Below, piece after piece: positions 1 through 12,863 of a DNA stretch of 64,000 nt. Source of the stretch: Antedon mediterranea. Lineage: Eukaryota; Animalia; Echinodermata. The stretch covers positions 37,272,304 through 37,336,303 of the forward strand of contig NC_092671.1 in assembly GCF_964355755.1 (NCBI RefSeq), written 5' to 3'. Both the position numbers and the translations under genes were made by a program. A model generated the notes under the pieces. It saw nothing but the letters and a program-made list of their open reading frames with translations. It searched no databases and was not told where the DNA came from. The first letter of the stretch is position 1; each line of letters starts with the position of its first letter.

Positions 1-260
1 ATTGAACGAACGCTTTTGTATCAGCGGCACACGTTTATAAGGCAATGTAAAAACAAAAAGAAAAGTATCAAAAAATAACATTTAAGTCTTAACTAAGAAG
101 CGAATTATACAAGTAAAATGAAATTAGTAAAAACAAGGTAATCTTACATATCGAACAATACTTAACCTATATGATGGAGTTAATGTTATTATCTATTTAT
201 TATCAGTATTATTAATATTTTCAAGTTTTAAGCGAATATATTATCATTATTATATTACTA

Positions 261-295
<35 letters not shown>

Positions 296-1356
296 GCTAA
301 TTGATTTATTATACTGTTATTATTAAAATAAATGTTGACATCGCTCGAGTTGAGTATACATATCGCTCGTATTATGTTGACACACATGCGCAACAGAGAT
401 AAACATTGATACACGCCCTCATCTTCCAGTATATTAGGCAAGAAGAAAAAAAAAACAATTAGATAAATAAAAAAAAGGCACGTTCATTAATTTATTTTTA
501 TTTTGAATTTTAATCGTTTTAACAGTATATTACAGAGCCTATGACGTTTTTGTAATCTGCATTTTAATTGTTTTTAACAATATTTTAACATAGGCCTAAA
601 TAGTATTTTAAAATTGTCTTTTGCAATTTGATGTATTTTTCTTTGTTATTTTATTGTCTTAATTTATATGCCAAGCAAAACGAATTTCCATTTTAATTTT
701 TGTTTTGTTTTGTGTCCTTTTTTTGAAAATTAAAAAAACTTTGAATGAAAAGCAGAAAATTGTTTTATATATGTGAAAACATTCACGAAAATATTTTGTT
801 GAAGATTAGCAAGATATTAGTTTGTTCAATAAATTGTTGGTAAGACTTTGAAAAACATTTTGTTTGCTTATTCATATTGTTTAATCATTGTACCATAAAA
901 GTGATAACATTAATAAAGATAAGGCAGACAGTAGAATACTGAATCTGGCAGTCTATTAAACCTGACATTTAAAAGGATAACAACAAAATTATATTACGTT
1001 TTCATCATCTTATAGTTACTAAGTCGATAATCTAAAAGTTGCATTGTACATGAAATAGCTCTTTACTTTTAACAATTGCTATAATCCATATAATAATACA
1101 AATCCCTTTTCTCATTTTTTATAATATCATTTATTTTACTTTAATACAGCATTGTTAATTTTATTTACAGTAATATAATAATTATTATGAGGCCTATACA
1201 AGTTTTTATTTCTGTTACCAGCGCGATTCACAGTCACCACTATGTCTTCTTCTGTCAAGATTTTATAATAATAAGTAAAATAATTATAATCTTATTATTG
1301 GAGTAACATGTATATAAGACAATTATACTAGTGTCAATATTAATATTATTATATAA

Positions 1357-3276
1357 CTTATTATAGAGAACCGTTGGGGACACCTTAAAGAACCAACAAG
1401 CGTTCTTATTATAGAGAACCATTGGGGACACCTTAAAGAACCAACAAGCGTTCTTATTATAGAGAACCATTGGGGACACCTTAAAGAACCAACAAGCGTT
1501 CTTATTATAGAGAACCATTGGGGACACCTTAAAGAACCAACAAGCGTTCTTATTATAGAGAACCATTGGGGACACCTTAAAGAACCAACAAGCGTTCTTA
1601 TTATAGAGAACCATTGGGGACACCTTAAAGAACCAACAAGCGTTCTTATTATAGAGAACCATTGGGGACACCTTAAAGAACCAACAAGCGTTCTTATTAT
1701 AGAGAACCATTGGGGACACCTTAAAGAACCAACAAGCGTTCTTATTATAGAGAACCATTGGGGACACCTTAAAGAACCAACAAGCGTTCTTATTATAGAG
1801 AACCATTGGGGACACCTTAAATAACCAACAAGCGTTCTTATTATAGAGAACCATTGGGGACACCTTAAAGAACCAACAAGCGTTCTTATTATAGAGAACC
1901 ATTGGGGACACCTTAAAGAACCAACAAGCGTTCTTATTATAGAGAACCATTGGGGACACCTTAAAGAACCAACAAGCGTTCTTATTATAGAGAACCATTG
2001 GGGACACCTTAAAGAACCAACAAGCGTTCTTATTATAGAGAACCATTGGGGACACCTTAAAGAACCAACAAGCGTTCTTATTATAGAGAACCCTTGGGGA
2101 CACCTTAAAGAACCAACAAGCGTTCTTATTATAGAGAACCATTGGGGATACCTTAAAGAACCAACAAGCGTTCTTATTATAGAGAACCCTTGGGGACACC
2201 TTAAAGAACCAACAAGCGTTCTTATTATAGAGAAACCTTGGGGACACCTTAAAGAACCAACAAGCGTTCTTATTATAGAGAACCCTTGGGGACACCTTAA
2301 ATAACCAACAAGCGTTCTTATTATAGAGAACCATTGGGGACACCTTAAATAACCAACAAGCGTTCTTATTATAGAGAACCATTGGGGACACCTTAAAGAA
2401 CCAACAAGCGTTCTTATTATAGAGAACCCTTGGGGACACCTTAAAGAACCAACAAGCGTTCTTATTATAGAGAACCATTGGGGATACCTTAAAGAACCAA
2501 CAAGCGTTCTTATTATAGAGAACCCTTGGGGACACCTTAAAGAACCAACAAGCGTTCTTATTATAGAGAACCCTTGGGGACACCTTAAAGAACCAACAAG
2601 CGTTCTTATTATAGAGAACCCTTGGGGACACCTTAAATAACCAACAAGCGTTCTTATTATAGAGAACCATTGGGGACACCTTAAATAACCAACAAGCGTT
2701 CTTATTATAGAGAACCCTTGGGGACACCTTAAATAACCAACAAGCGTTCTTATTATAGAGAACCTTTGGGGACACCTTAAATAACCAACAAGCGTTCTTA
2801 TTATAGAGAACCCTTGGGGACACCTTAAAGAACCAACAAGCGTTCTTATTATAGAGAACCTTTGGGGACATCTTAAAGAACCAACAAGCGTTCTTATTAT
2901 AGAGAACCTTTGGGGACACCTTAAAGAACCAACAAGCGTTCTTATTATAGAGAACCCTTGGGGACACCTTAAAGAACCAACAAGCGTTCTTATTATAGAG
3001 AACCTTTGGGGACACCTTAAAGAACCAACAAGCGTTCTTATTATAGAGAACCCTTGGGGACACCTTAAAGAACCAACAAGCGTTCTTATTATAGAGAACC
3101 ATTGGGGACACCTTAAAGAACCAACAAGCGTTCTTATTATAGAGAACCATTGGGGACACCTTAAAGAACCAACAAGCGTTCTTATTATAGAGAACCTTTG
3201 GGGACACCTTAAAGAACCAACAAGCGTTCTTATTATAGAGAACCCTTGGGGATACCTTAAAGAACCAACAAGCGTT
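1357..3276. repeat. 48-bp minisatellite, 40 copies
   Basis: Unit cttattatagagaacc(a/c/t)ttggggacaccttaaagaaccaacaagcgtt; 1920 bp = 40 x 48; no spacers. Confidence 0.97.
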
Positions 3277-3411
3277 CCCTTTTAAAGAGGTGTCCTCTGA
3301 ATAGTATTAAAATAGTAAACATATTATTACCCAATCGGTCCTTTCGAGGGAAAGTGTCCCCTTAATGGGGGTATCCCGTTTAGGGGGTCCCAAATAAGGG
3401 GTTCCACTGTA
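3277..3411. mobile_element. Right end of a Tc1/mariner(pogo)-like non-autonomous element remnant
   Basis: Ends in aggggttccactg-ta (rc TA-CAGTGGAACCCCT, a pogo/Tigger-like terminus). No left TIR found. Paralogous remnant at ~12864-12985. Confidence 0.45.
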
Positions 3412-3882
3412 ATTAAAAAACCTGTGTAAATTAAACAACGATTCCAAGTTACAGGTCTTAAAGTTACTGTATCATGTTATCTGTATAACCTTTGATAATG
3501 TATACCCCCCCCCCCCCCCCACATTAGAATACACAGTACGTAATAAAAGATATTAATGTGTACATTAAAATAAAAAATTGAATGTAGAAATATTAAACAA
3601 TAAACATCCAATTTTTATACACTATATTAAAGTAAGGTCATGTGATTGTGTCTTACGTAATTAAATGTAAAAAAATATTGTTAATTAATTTTATAATTAA
3701 ACTAAAATGAATATGCCAAAATATTAAGATAACAACAGAATATTTAACGAAACAATTTAAACAATTAAGACATAAATGGTAATAATTTAGTTTGTCTACA
3801 CTTGCTTTAATAATGTGATTGTTCCTGATCTGATCACGAACATTTAACAAAAATTTATCAATTTATCTGGATGCATGTTATT

Positions 3883-6051
3883 TTAATAATTAAATATTTT
3901 TACATTATTTGGTACATGGTTTGCCACTACAACTCTTCTCGTTCTTTGTGAAATTACAGCAATCCCACATGGAATATCCAATCCATCATCTTTGTTATCT
4001 ATTCGTTTAATGAATTTACCATTTTGATCAAATAGTTGTAGTTTATGATTACAGGATACTATCATATTCCCATCCATATCTATGGTTATACCATGAAGAC
4101 CCATGACTTTACCATCTTCTTTACCATAGCCTACAAGGATCTTTATTAGCTTACCATTGCCATCAAACATTTGTATTCTGTGATTTCCAAAATCAGCAAC
4201 AATCAAATGACCCTCATTTGTTACAGCAACATCTGATGGTTTTTTCATTTCACCTGCTTCACTACCTTCAGAACCTATCTTACCCAGTAGACTACCATCA
4301 TCAATATTGAATTTAAACACACAGTGACATTCATGGTCTGCTACATATAACATCCTGGTCTTTTGGTTTACTGTTACTCCAGTTGGATATTTTAATACTC
4401 CTTTACCAAATGTTCGAATTTCATGATATTGATTATCACACATTACAACACAATGTTCTATTGTGTCACTATACACCATGTCACCATTGCCTATTTGATG
4501 CATGCGATTGACTTTAACATTTTGTGGCATTTGTATCTTAGAAACAAAACCACCTGATTGATCAAATTTTATTAAATCTTTACTGTAGCTTGATACCAAC
4601 ATACATCCATCAGTATCTAATACTACATCTGTCACCTTTGCCGTTTTATTATGCTCTTTATACTCTGATATGTTATCTATGGTATGTACAAGTCCAATAG
4701 GTCCCACTTTGATACTCACTGGTGAACCTATAACATGTGACAACGCTCCATCAGTGATATCCATGTGCCAATCTCCTTCCAAATCACATCTACCTGTTAC
4801 TGTGTACTCTCCCTTTCTGCGTGTTACTTCAGTGGCTGATTTCGCACCTGATGAGTTGCTTAGTGTGGCTGTTAATTTACCAACATCACTCTCTGCTAGA
4901 CTTGATATTCTCACACTAAATGGCTGTCCTTTTGTGACTGAAATGTTCTCATCTTCTTTATTAACATTGTGTACACCACCAAGAGTGATAAGTCTACCAA
5001 CACCTTCATGATTCATCAACTCAACCAGCTTTGGAGATGGAATAAACTTTGGTGTAATTCTTGTTTTTGCAAATGATTTATCCAATTCATCTGCTGCAGC
5101 GTCATTCCCAACTGCAGTGATAGTTGTCTGGTATGATGCAAGGTTTTCTGTTTCTGTTGGTTTATTCATTGTTTTCTTGATGGATTCAATCAACGTGTTT
5201 ACTTGTGTCAGCTTTAATTCAATACTTTTAACTTGACGATCGATATCTTTGCTTTGTTCTTTATAAATCTGTGTAAGATTTGCCATCATTATCTTCGTTT
5301 CTTCTTTCACCTTTCTGATAATTGTCTTCTCGTGAATTTCAATCGCTGTTCTGCTTAACTTCAAATTAGATTCAAACTCAGATCTGTCTTTAGTGATAAC
5401 ATCTAATCTCTCTTTTAGTTTTCTCTTAATTCCTTCAGCTGTCTTCATAGTTTCAGTAACAGTTGTATTAATCTCATTCAGAGCTATCTTCATTGGGATC
5501 ACCTCATGTTTATTTCTATAACAACGGACAATATGCTTGCAATCTTCACATGCAGGAAGTTTACATGTACGACAGTAATCTTCCAGTTTTTTATCAGGGT
5601 GATTTTGGCAGTTTTGTGAATCTTCACTTTGTTCTTCTATGTCCGTATTCAGTGTGTATAGTGAATGGTTCTCCAGCGTAGGGAACATCTTATGCTGTTG
5701 GATGCATTGTCGACACATATGCATTTCACATTCAGAACAATAGTGCTGAGGTTGATTCGAACATCTTGAGCATGCTTCTGGTTTTTCATATTCAATCTTC
5801 TCAACGTATTCAACTAGGTAACTGATTGTTTCATTGCACTTCAAATGTTTCAAATCACCATCTTTAAGATCGTACGTCTCACGGCATTTTGGACATCGTA
5901 TCTTGCCGTGTCTTCTCATCAAGTCTTGCAGACATCTTAGACAGTAAGTGTGAAGACAGTTAAGCGCCTTTGGATCTGTGAATCTTTGTAGACAGATTGA
6001 ACATTCCAGATCTCTTTTGTCAAAAAACTTCAATACTGTTTTAGCAGACAT
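3883..6051 (-). CDS. TRIM-NHL E3 ubiquitin ligase (TRIM2/3-like: RING, 2 B-boxes, coiled coil, filamin-like Ig, NHL repeats), copy A
   Basis: 722-aa ORF: RING CSIC..CLHTYCLRC..CPKC; B-boxes CSRC..C..C..H and CQNH..C..C..C..H; NHL repeats (YPTGVTVN, KPSDVAV, VADFGNHRIQMFD). ATG directly follows the acceptor ttttacag. Confidence 0.93.
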   Translation of the reverse strand: MSAKTVLKFFDKRDLECSICLQRFTDPKALNCLHTYCLRCLQDLMRRHGKIRCPKCRETYDLKDGDLKHLKCNETISYLVEYVEKIEYEKPEACSRCSNQPQHYCSECEMHMCRQCIQQHKMFPTLENHSLYTLNTDIEEQSEDSQNCQNHPDKKLEDYCRTCKLPACEDCKHIVRCYRNKHEVIPMKIALNEINTTVTETMKTAEGIKRKLKERLDVITKDRSEFESNLKLSRTAIEIHEKTIIRKVKEETKIMMANLTQIYKEQSKDIDRQVKSIELKLTQVNTLIESIKKTMNKPTETENLASYQTTITAVGNDAAADELDKSFAKTRITPKFIPSPKLVELMNHEGVGRLITLGGVHNVNKEDENISVTKGQPFSVRISSLAESDVGKLTATLSNSSGAKSATEVTRRKGEYTVTGRCDLEGDWHMDITDGALSHVIGSPVSIKVGPIGLVHTIDNISEYKEHNKTAKVTDVVLDTDGCMLVSSYSKDLIKFDQSGGFVSKIQMPQNVKVNRMHQIGNGDMVYSDTIEHCVVMCDNQYHEIRTFGKGVLKYPTGVTVNQKTRMLYVADHECHCVFKFNIDDGSLLGKIGSEGSEAGEMKKPSDVAVTNEGHLIVADFGNHRIQMFDGNGKLIKILVGYGKEDGKVMGLHGITIDMDGNMIVSCNHKLQLFDQNGKFIKRIDNKDDGLDIPCGIAVISQRTRRVVVANHVPNNVKIFNY

Positions 6052-7483
6052 CTGTAAAATACAATATTTTTTTCAGTTAGTGTATACTATAAGATGTATT
6101 CCAGAAGGAAGGTAAGAGTGTGAGGATGATCAACATAACCCTATTGTTGGCTTTGAATGGATGGTTTAGGAAATAAAATAGAAAAATGGTTTAAAAATTT
6201 CTACTATTAAAAAGAAGAGCAACCAACATAAAGTACGGTAACGGTATCCTCTGTCAATTTACGAAAACAAAAATTTAAAACCATCATCGCTATAATAATA
6301 CAAAGATCAACAAATATATAATAATCAATGTTTATGAGTTAAATTGGGTAATTTTTAATGATTTTAAAAATTGAGGCGGAGCCAAGATGATTCTGTCACG
6401 AATACAACATTCGTTATTTGCTTTATAGTCGTCACACATTGTTTGACAACTTTTATTCAATTTCATGTATTGTAAATGGCGACACCACGCAGTAGATATC
6501 AAGTCGGATGTCACAAATATAACCCAACCTATCGTATCGAATACAACAATCGTATAAAAATGTTTACACATAGCTAAGAATAGTGGCCTACAATAGTAGG
6601 GCCTACCTTCAATCGTTAAAATGAGAAAAAATAATACATGGCTGGATACAAATTATATTCCATATAGGTTTTAATACAAATTGTATATAGAACCTTATTT
6701 TTATTATAGAAAAAGTTATTCCTTACTTTGAAAGTGTTGTAAACTATAAATATTCAGACGGACCTTCTACTTGTGTTCCTGTTGTCTGTTGTGTATTAGC
6801 CAATGTACCTTCTGGCCTTCAAATATTGTTATTGAACGTTCTTTCATCTAGTAGACTGGAGATGTGAACCGTCTACTTGTGTTCAGTTGAATGTGTGTAG
6901 GCGTAGGTTATTCTCTGCTGTTAAGGGTGTATTGCACAATTCAAGGTACCAAGTTCACTGAAAAGTACACATATCTTGATAATATAACATTTGTATTTAG
7001 AAAATCAGGGTAGTAAATTAATAAAAAGCAAACTTCTTTGTTTGCTCTTTTACGTAATTGTGCAATAGAGGTAAACAAAAGTCCGTTTACATAAGATAGT
7101 GTTAACAATATATTTAATATTAACGTTATATTTTTACACACGAAAGACCATTTTGAGAAGTTGACTCAAACTTAATGAATAGGCCTATACTTTATATAAT
7201 TTCTTATGCGGATTTTAATCCTAAGTTATTAATAAAAGTTAATGAGTGCCTGGTCCTCGAAAGACAATATGGGTTATAATGTTATTGTTTTAATACGTTT
7301 TAATTATTAAATACGGTTTGTCAATGTTTACACAAATTAACTTGGAAAAAATAGGCCCTTTAATTTGAATTCATGAGCAATTTGTAACTATAATTAAAAT
7401 TGGGAAAATCCAGTGTTCTGGTTAAACTTGCTTTATGTATTTGTGTTTGCCAGTTACGCTTAGCAACTAGAGTCAAAAAAAGC

Positions 7484-8263
7484 ACCAATAGATTTATCAT
7501 GTGACCAGCAGGTCCATGGATTTATTATTAACTTGTATAGACCAATAGATTTATCACGTAACCAGGTCCATGGATTTATTATTAACTTAGACCAATAGAT
7601 TTATACGTCACCAGGTCCATGGATTTATTATTAACTTATATAGACCAATAGATTTATCACGTCACCAGGTCCATGGATTTATTATTAACTTGTATAGACC
7701 AATAGATTTATCACGTAACCAGGTCCATGGATGTATTATTAACTTGTATAGACCAACAGATTTATCACGTAACCAGGTCCATGGATTTATTATTAACTTA
7801 GACCAATAGATTTATACGTCACCAGGTCCATGGATTTATTATTAACTTGTATAGACCAATAGATTTATCACGTAACCAGGTCCATGGATTTATTATTAAC
7901 TTGTATAGACCAATAGATTTATCACGTAACCAGGTCCATGGATTTATTATTAACTTAGACCAATAGATTTATCACGTCACCAGGTCCATGGATTTATTAT
8001 TAACTTATATAGACCAATAGATTTATCACGTCATCAGGTCCATGGATTTATTATTAACTTAGACCAATAGATTTATCACGTAACCAGGTCCATGGATTTA
8101 TTATTAACTTAGACCAATAGATTTATCACGTCACCAGGTCCATGGATATATTATTAACTTGTATAGACCAATAGATTTATCACGTCACCAGGTCCATGGA
8201 TTTATTATTAACTTATATAGACCAATAGATTTATCACGTCACCATGTCCATGGATTTATTATT
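7484..8263. repeat. ~50-54-bp minisatellite, ~15 copies
   Basis: Unit accaatagatttatcacgt(a/c)accaggtccatggatttattattaactt(gtat)ag; single unit in the paralog at ~17290-17335. Confidence 0.95.
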
Positions 8264-10223
8264 ATTGAATGAATGAATGTTTGGTTCAAACTATGTCCTT
8301 TGAACAATGATATTTCTTCCTACTGGGTGCATGATTTATTACAGTATTTTGTCATCATTTTTTCCAATCGTTCAATTTACACAAACAATTAACTCGTTGA
8401 ATGAGTAATGTTCGTACAAATTCTTTATAAATGGCAAGCATGCGCAGTCATATACAGCGGAATTACACATTACCAATCACTTATTTAGATTTGAAATGAC
8501 AATTGAAAAAGCTGAAACTTCAATCTTGTTTTATAACACACCTAAACTAAGTTTAAATTCAAATTCATTGTAAATTGCGAGCATGCACAGTCATACACAG
8601 CGCAATCACGCATTACCAACAATCACTTATTTTGATTGTAGAGAAAGTATTACTTGCATTGAAAATGTCGCAGACGTCTTTCTTTTTAAATGTTGACTGA
8701 AATTATTCAGGCGAACTTGTGTTCCCGTCTGATGTGTGTTAGCCAAATATACCTTTGGTCCCCTTTAACGTTATTTTCTATATAGGTGTATATCTTCTGC
8801 GATCAGTTGAAAATTGTATTAAGTTGTATGTTACAGGGGTTGCGGACACAAATGTGTTATGGCGCTCTGTCGCTGTCGCAACCCCTGGACCGCTTGTTGT
8901 CGAATAAAGAAATGAAAAATGAAAAAATGAAATATGTGAAGGATATTTTGTGACAATACGTCTGTTAAAAGGTGTATTGCACAATGTAAGGTACCAAGTT
9001 CACTGCAATGTACATATATATATAACAACGTTGTATTTGGATAACCAGGGTTGTCCCTCATCTTCCAGTTCATATAAGACAAGAAGAAAACAAGGCCATA
9101 TACATGGCTGCAGTCGCGTGCTCAAATTTGAGTTAGTGTTTACCGACCGACCGTCCGACCAACATAATCGCCCCCACGGGGCCGGATAGGAATTTTCAGA
9201 GATTCAATCATTTCCGGGGTTTTTTATTCTTTGTTTTTCGCCTATCCCAAGGTTAAGAGTGATTTAGAAAGATGATATGGTTAGCATACGTTTTCTTTCG
9301 GCTCATTAAATTATACGTTAACATGTAACAGGTTTTCACTGTTAGGCTTAAAGTTTATTTGTTTGTAACAAAAACCTTATCTAGGCTTCCTTCTACCAGG
9401 GAGTTGTAAAATAAACAACAACAACTCCCTGCTTCTACCCATGCTTTTTATTATGTTACATCGTGTATTTTGTGTATGTGTAGAGAATTGTTAATAAACG
9501 AAACGAAGCGAAAACGAAACGAAACTGATATAATAATTAATTCAACAAAAGTCACTTAGGATATTTTAACTTAATTTTAAATGCATATAGTATTATTTAC
9601 ATTATAAAATTGGTTCAACAGAAAGTATAAAAATACAAGGCTATTTAATTTTAATTTTGCTTACATTCCTTGGCATCTGAAACGAAGATATGTAATTAGT
9701 TTTGTTGGTTTGTTATTTACGATGTGCATATGTTTATGGTAGTTGGCGTGTGTGGACGCACCGTCACAGAATAAACATGTTTTAAACAGATAGTTTGTTT
9801 TTGTTGGTTCTTCTATGGGGTTAACGGAGACTGAGAAGAGATTAGCTCTTAACTTCTAACAATTGCTATGCTATAATTCATAAATTATAATAATACAAAT
9901 CCATTTTCCCATTTTTCAAAAATATCATTTATTTAACTTTAATACAGCATTGTTAATTTTATTTACAGTAATATAATAATTATTATGAGGCCTATACAAG
10001 TTTTTATTTCTGTTACCAGCGCGATTCACAGTCACCACTATGTCTTCTTCGGTCAAGATTTTATAATAATAAGTAAAATCATTATAATCTTATTATTGGA
10101 GTAACATGTATATAAGGCAATTATACTAGTGTCAATATTAATATTATTATGTAACTTCTTATTATAGAGAACCTTTGGGGACACCTTAAAGAACCAACTA
10201 TCGTTTCCTTTTAAAGAGGTGTC

Positions 10224-12863
10224 TGGTGGCGTCTGTCTTTATATTATGGATGATATTAATTTTAGAATGAGAGATGATTGGAGTTCTTTAATTAATAATG
10301 TAGCTGAAAATATCTGCATTGAAATAGAATTAAAACCAAAACATTATTTTTTCTCAGTAATATACCGACCACCAGAAAGGTCCATAAAAACTTTTAATGA
10401 AAACATATCACTATTATTTGATGTAATCAACACAGAAAAAAAAAAGTTTTTATGCTTGTGGAGATTTTAATATTGATTTGCTTAAATTCAGTTCACATAC
10501 ACTAACATCAGATTTTTTTAAATTGTATATATTCAGCTAATTTATTTTCTGTAATAGACAGACCCACGCGTCTCACCCGTACATCTGCTACGTTAATTGA
10601 CCATATCTACTCTAACAATTTTCATGAAAATATTTTTTCAGGATTACTGTATTGTGACATTACTGACCATTTACCTATATTTTTTATTTCTCATACATCC
10701 AAACCGTCTAATAAAATGAATGACCAAAAATATATATTTAAAAGAGTAATCAATGACACTACCACTTCATCACTAGGCATTGAATTACTAAATACTGACT
10801 GGTCAGAAATAATTTCGATTACAGATGACCTGGATAAAGCTTATAATTCTTTTCACACTAAATGTATGAACATTTATGACAAACACATTAGAATATGTAA
10901 AAAAAAAAAAAAAAATTCGCAAGCAAAACAAACCATGGATAAAAAATGGCATTATCAACTCCATAAACAAACGAAATAAACTATATAAAAGATATATACA
11001 ATCTGGCAAAGCCACTGATAAAACTAAATATACTGATTATAGAAACAAATTAACTAATCTAATAAGAATAGCACGTAGTATACATTACAAAAAGCAATTT
11101 GACACACATAAAAATTATATTAAGAAAACATGGCAAACTATAAATTCAGCTCTTGGCAGAAATATAAAAAGTAAACTTCCAACATATTTTTTATAAAACA
11201 ACATAAAAATTGGGAAATTTCCTAATGCGCTAAAAGTTGCCAAAATTGTGCCTATTTTTAAAAAAGATGACCCCCATAAATTTTCAAATTATAGACCGAT
11301 TGCTTTACTTCCATGTTTTTCAAAAATATTTGAAAAGCTAATATATGCTCGTCTAATTTCTTTTTTCACAAAACATAATATTATATACAACAATCAATAT
11401 GGCTTTCGAAAATCACATTCCACAGATCTCGCACTTCTCCACTTATATGAAAAAATAACTAAATCACTTGCAAACAAGCACCATACTATCGGTATTTTTT
11501 TAGATTTGTCAAAAGCATTTGACACCATAAATCATAACATTATTATTTCTAAATTATCGAATTATGGTGTCAGAGGTCTTCCACTACTACTTTTAAAAGA
11601 CTACTTTTATTCATTTCGCCAACAATATACATCAATAAACTCAACCAATTCTCAACTCTTGCATGTTACCTGTGGGGTACCACAAGGGTCAATCCTTGGC
11701 CCAATCCTTGGCCCACTACTCTTTTTAATTTACGTTAATGATCTTCCAAATGTTTCAAAATTATTTAATTTTATCTTATTTGCAGATGACACAAATGTTA
11801 TTATTTCTCACGAAAACAAAAATAATCTTGTATCTATAATTAATAATGAACTTAACAAAGTGTCTCTTTGGTTTAAAGCAAATAAGTTATCATTGAATAT
11901 TTCAAAAACAAATTATATTTATTTTAATATTAATAAAAAAAGTAACAAACAGCTAACAGAGCAATTATATATCAATGGCAACCAAATAAAGAGAACAGAA
12001 AACTTAAAATTTCTTGGAGTCACTATTGACTCGGAACTAAATTGGAAACCTCACATAACATATTTAACTAAAATAATCTCGAGAAACGTTGGAATTTTAA
12101 GTAAATTGAAGTACATACTTCCTTTAAACATCTTATTTTCCCTGTATAATACTCTTATTTTACCCTATTTATCATACTGCAATGTTGCTTGGGCTACAAC
12201 TGTAGATAAATTTACTGGATGCTGCCCCTGGACAGGTTCTGATAACACGAAAATTAATTCTCTCTTTAAATTATAAAAAAAGGCTATCAGAATCTGTTCG
12301 GGAGCACCTCCAAAATCTCATACTAAACCACTTTTTTATTCTCTCAATACTTTAAATATATTTGATATAAATAAACTCCAAACAGCTTTATTCATGTTCC
12401 GCCTAAATCATAATAAATTACCAACTCAATTTTACTCCTATTTTCAAAATTTTAATCATTCTTACAACACCAGATCTTCAACTGCAATAAATCTAATATA
12501 CGAAAAGCATACCATATTACTTAGAAGAACATCTTTTATTTACAATGGACCGTATGGAACAACTTACCGCTCAATCTAAAAGCAATAACAACAATAACAT
12601 TAGTAATTCACAATTGCCTTAAGACTGTTTTTTTTTTCTTTTCTGTGCCTTTTTGTTTAATTCTATTTGTCAATTTGACGAAAGAAAGAAGTTTGTTTTT
12701 GTTCTCTCACTTAAATTAAATAATTAAATATATTACTTATCTGGAGGACCAAACTTAAAGCCTTGGCTTATTGCGTCCTCCTCACACAATTGTATTTATT
12801 AATTTATGTTTCTGTTCTATTGTATTGTATTGTGTGAAACAATAAACTTGAAACTTGAAACTT
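10224..12863 (+). mobile_element. 5'-truncated, frameshifted non-LTR retrotransposon (CR1/L2-group LINE): APE endonuclease remnant plus RT
   Basis: APE motifs GGVCLYI, VIYRPP, GDFNI; RT motifs YRPIALL, QYGFR, FLDLSKAFDT, GVPQGSILGP, FADDT, FLGV. 3' stem-loop 12743-12781, AATAAA and (AAACTTG)n tail. GTGTC duplicated at 10219-10223 and 12864-12868; empty site in copy A. Confidence 0.93.

Larger units (their letters stand above)
1055..9051. repeat. Segmental duplication unit A (TRIM-NHL locus)
   Basis: Colinear with 9842-18400, from tagctct..aacaattgct (1055/9842) to ttgtatttggataaccagggt (9051/18400). Confidence 0.9.

Noticed and set aside
1255-3207. 650-aa ORF of VSPMVLYNKNACWFFK repeats
   Set aside because: By-product of a stop-free 48-bp minisatellite; the paralogous site has one unit and there is no sign of a real gene.
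1357-3276. CRISPR-like array (also considered for 7484-8263 and 18519-21920)
   Set aside because: Head-to-tail repeats with no unique spacers, no cas genes, eukaryotic context.
4670-5011. + strand ORFs inside the TRIM genes (also 5493-5681 and 14162-15942)
   Set aside because: Antisense shadows of the TRIM CDS; boundaries not conserved between paralogs.
7484-8263. ERSE (CCAAT-N9-CCACG) array
   Set aside because: Spacing and sequence are CCAAT-N7-TCACG, which does not match the consensus.
9495-9527. ISRE-like GAAAACGAAAC upstream of TRIM copy A
   Set aside because: Part of an (CGAAA)n run after AATAAA, better explained as a retroposon tail.
11248-12276. Host or domesticated reverse transcriptase gene
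   Set aside because: Part of a truncated, frameshifted LINE with TSD and an empty paralogous site.
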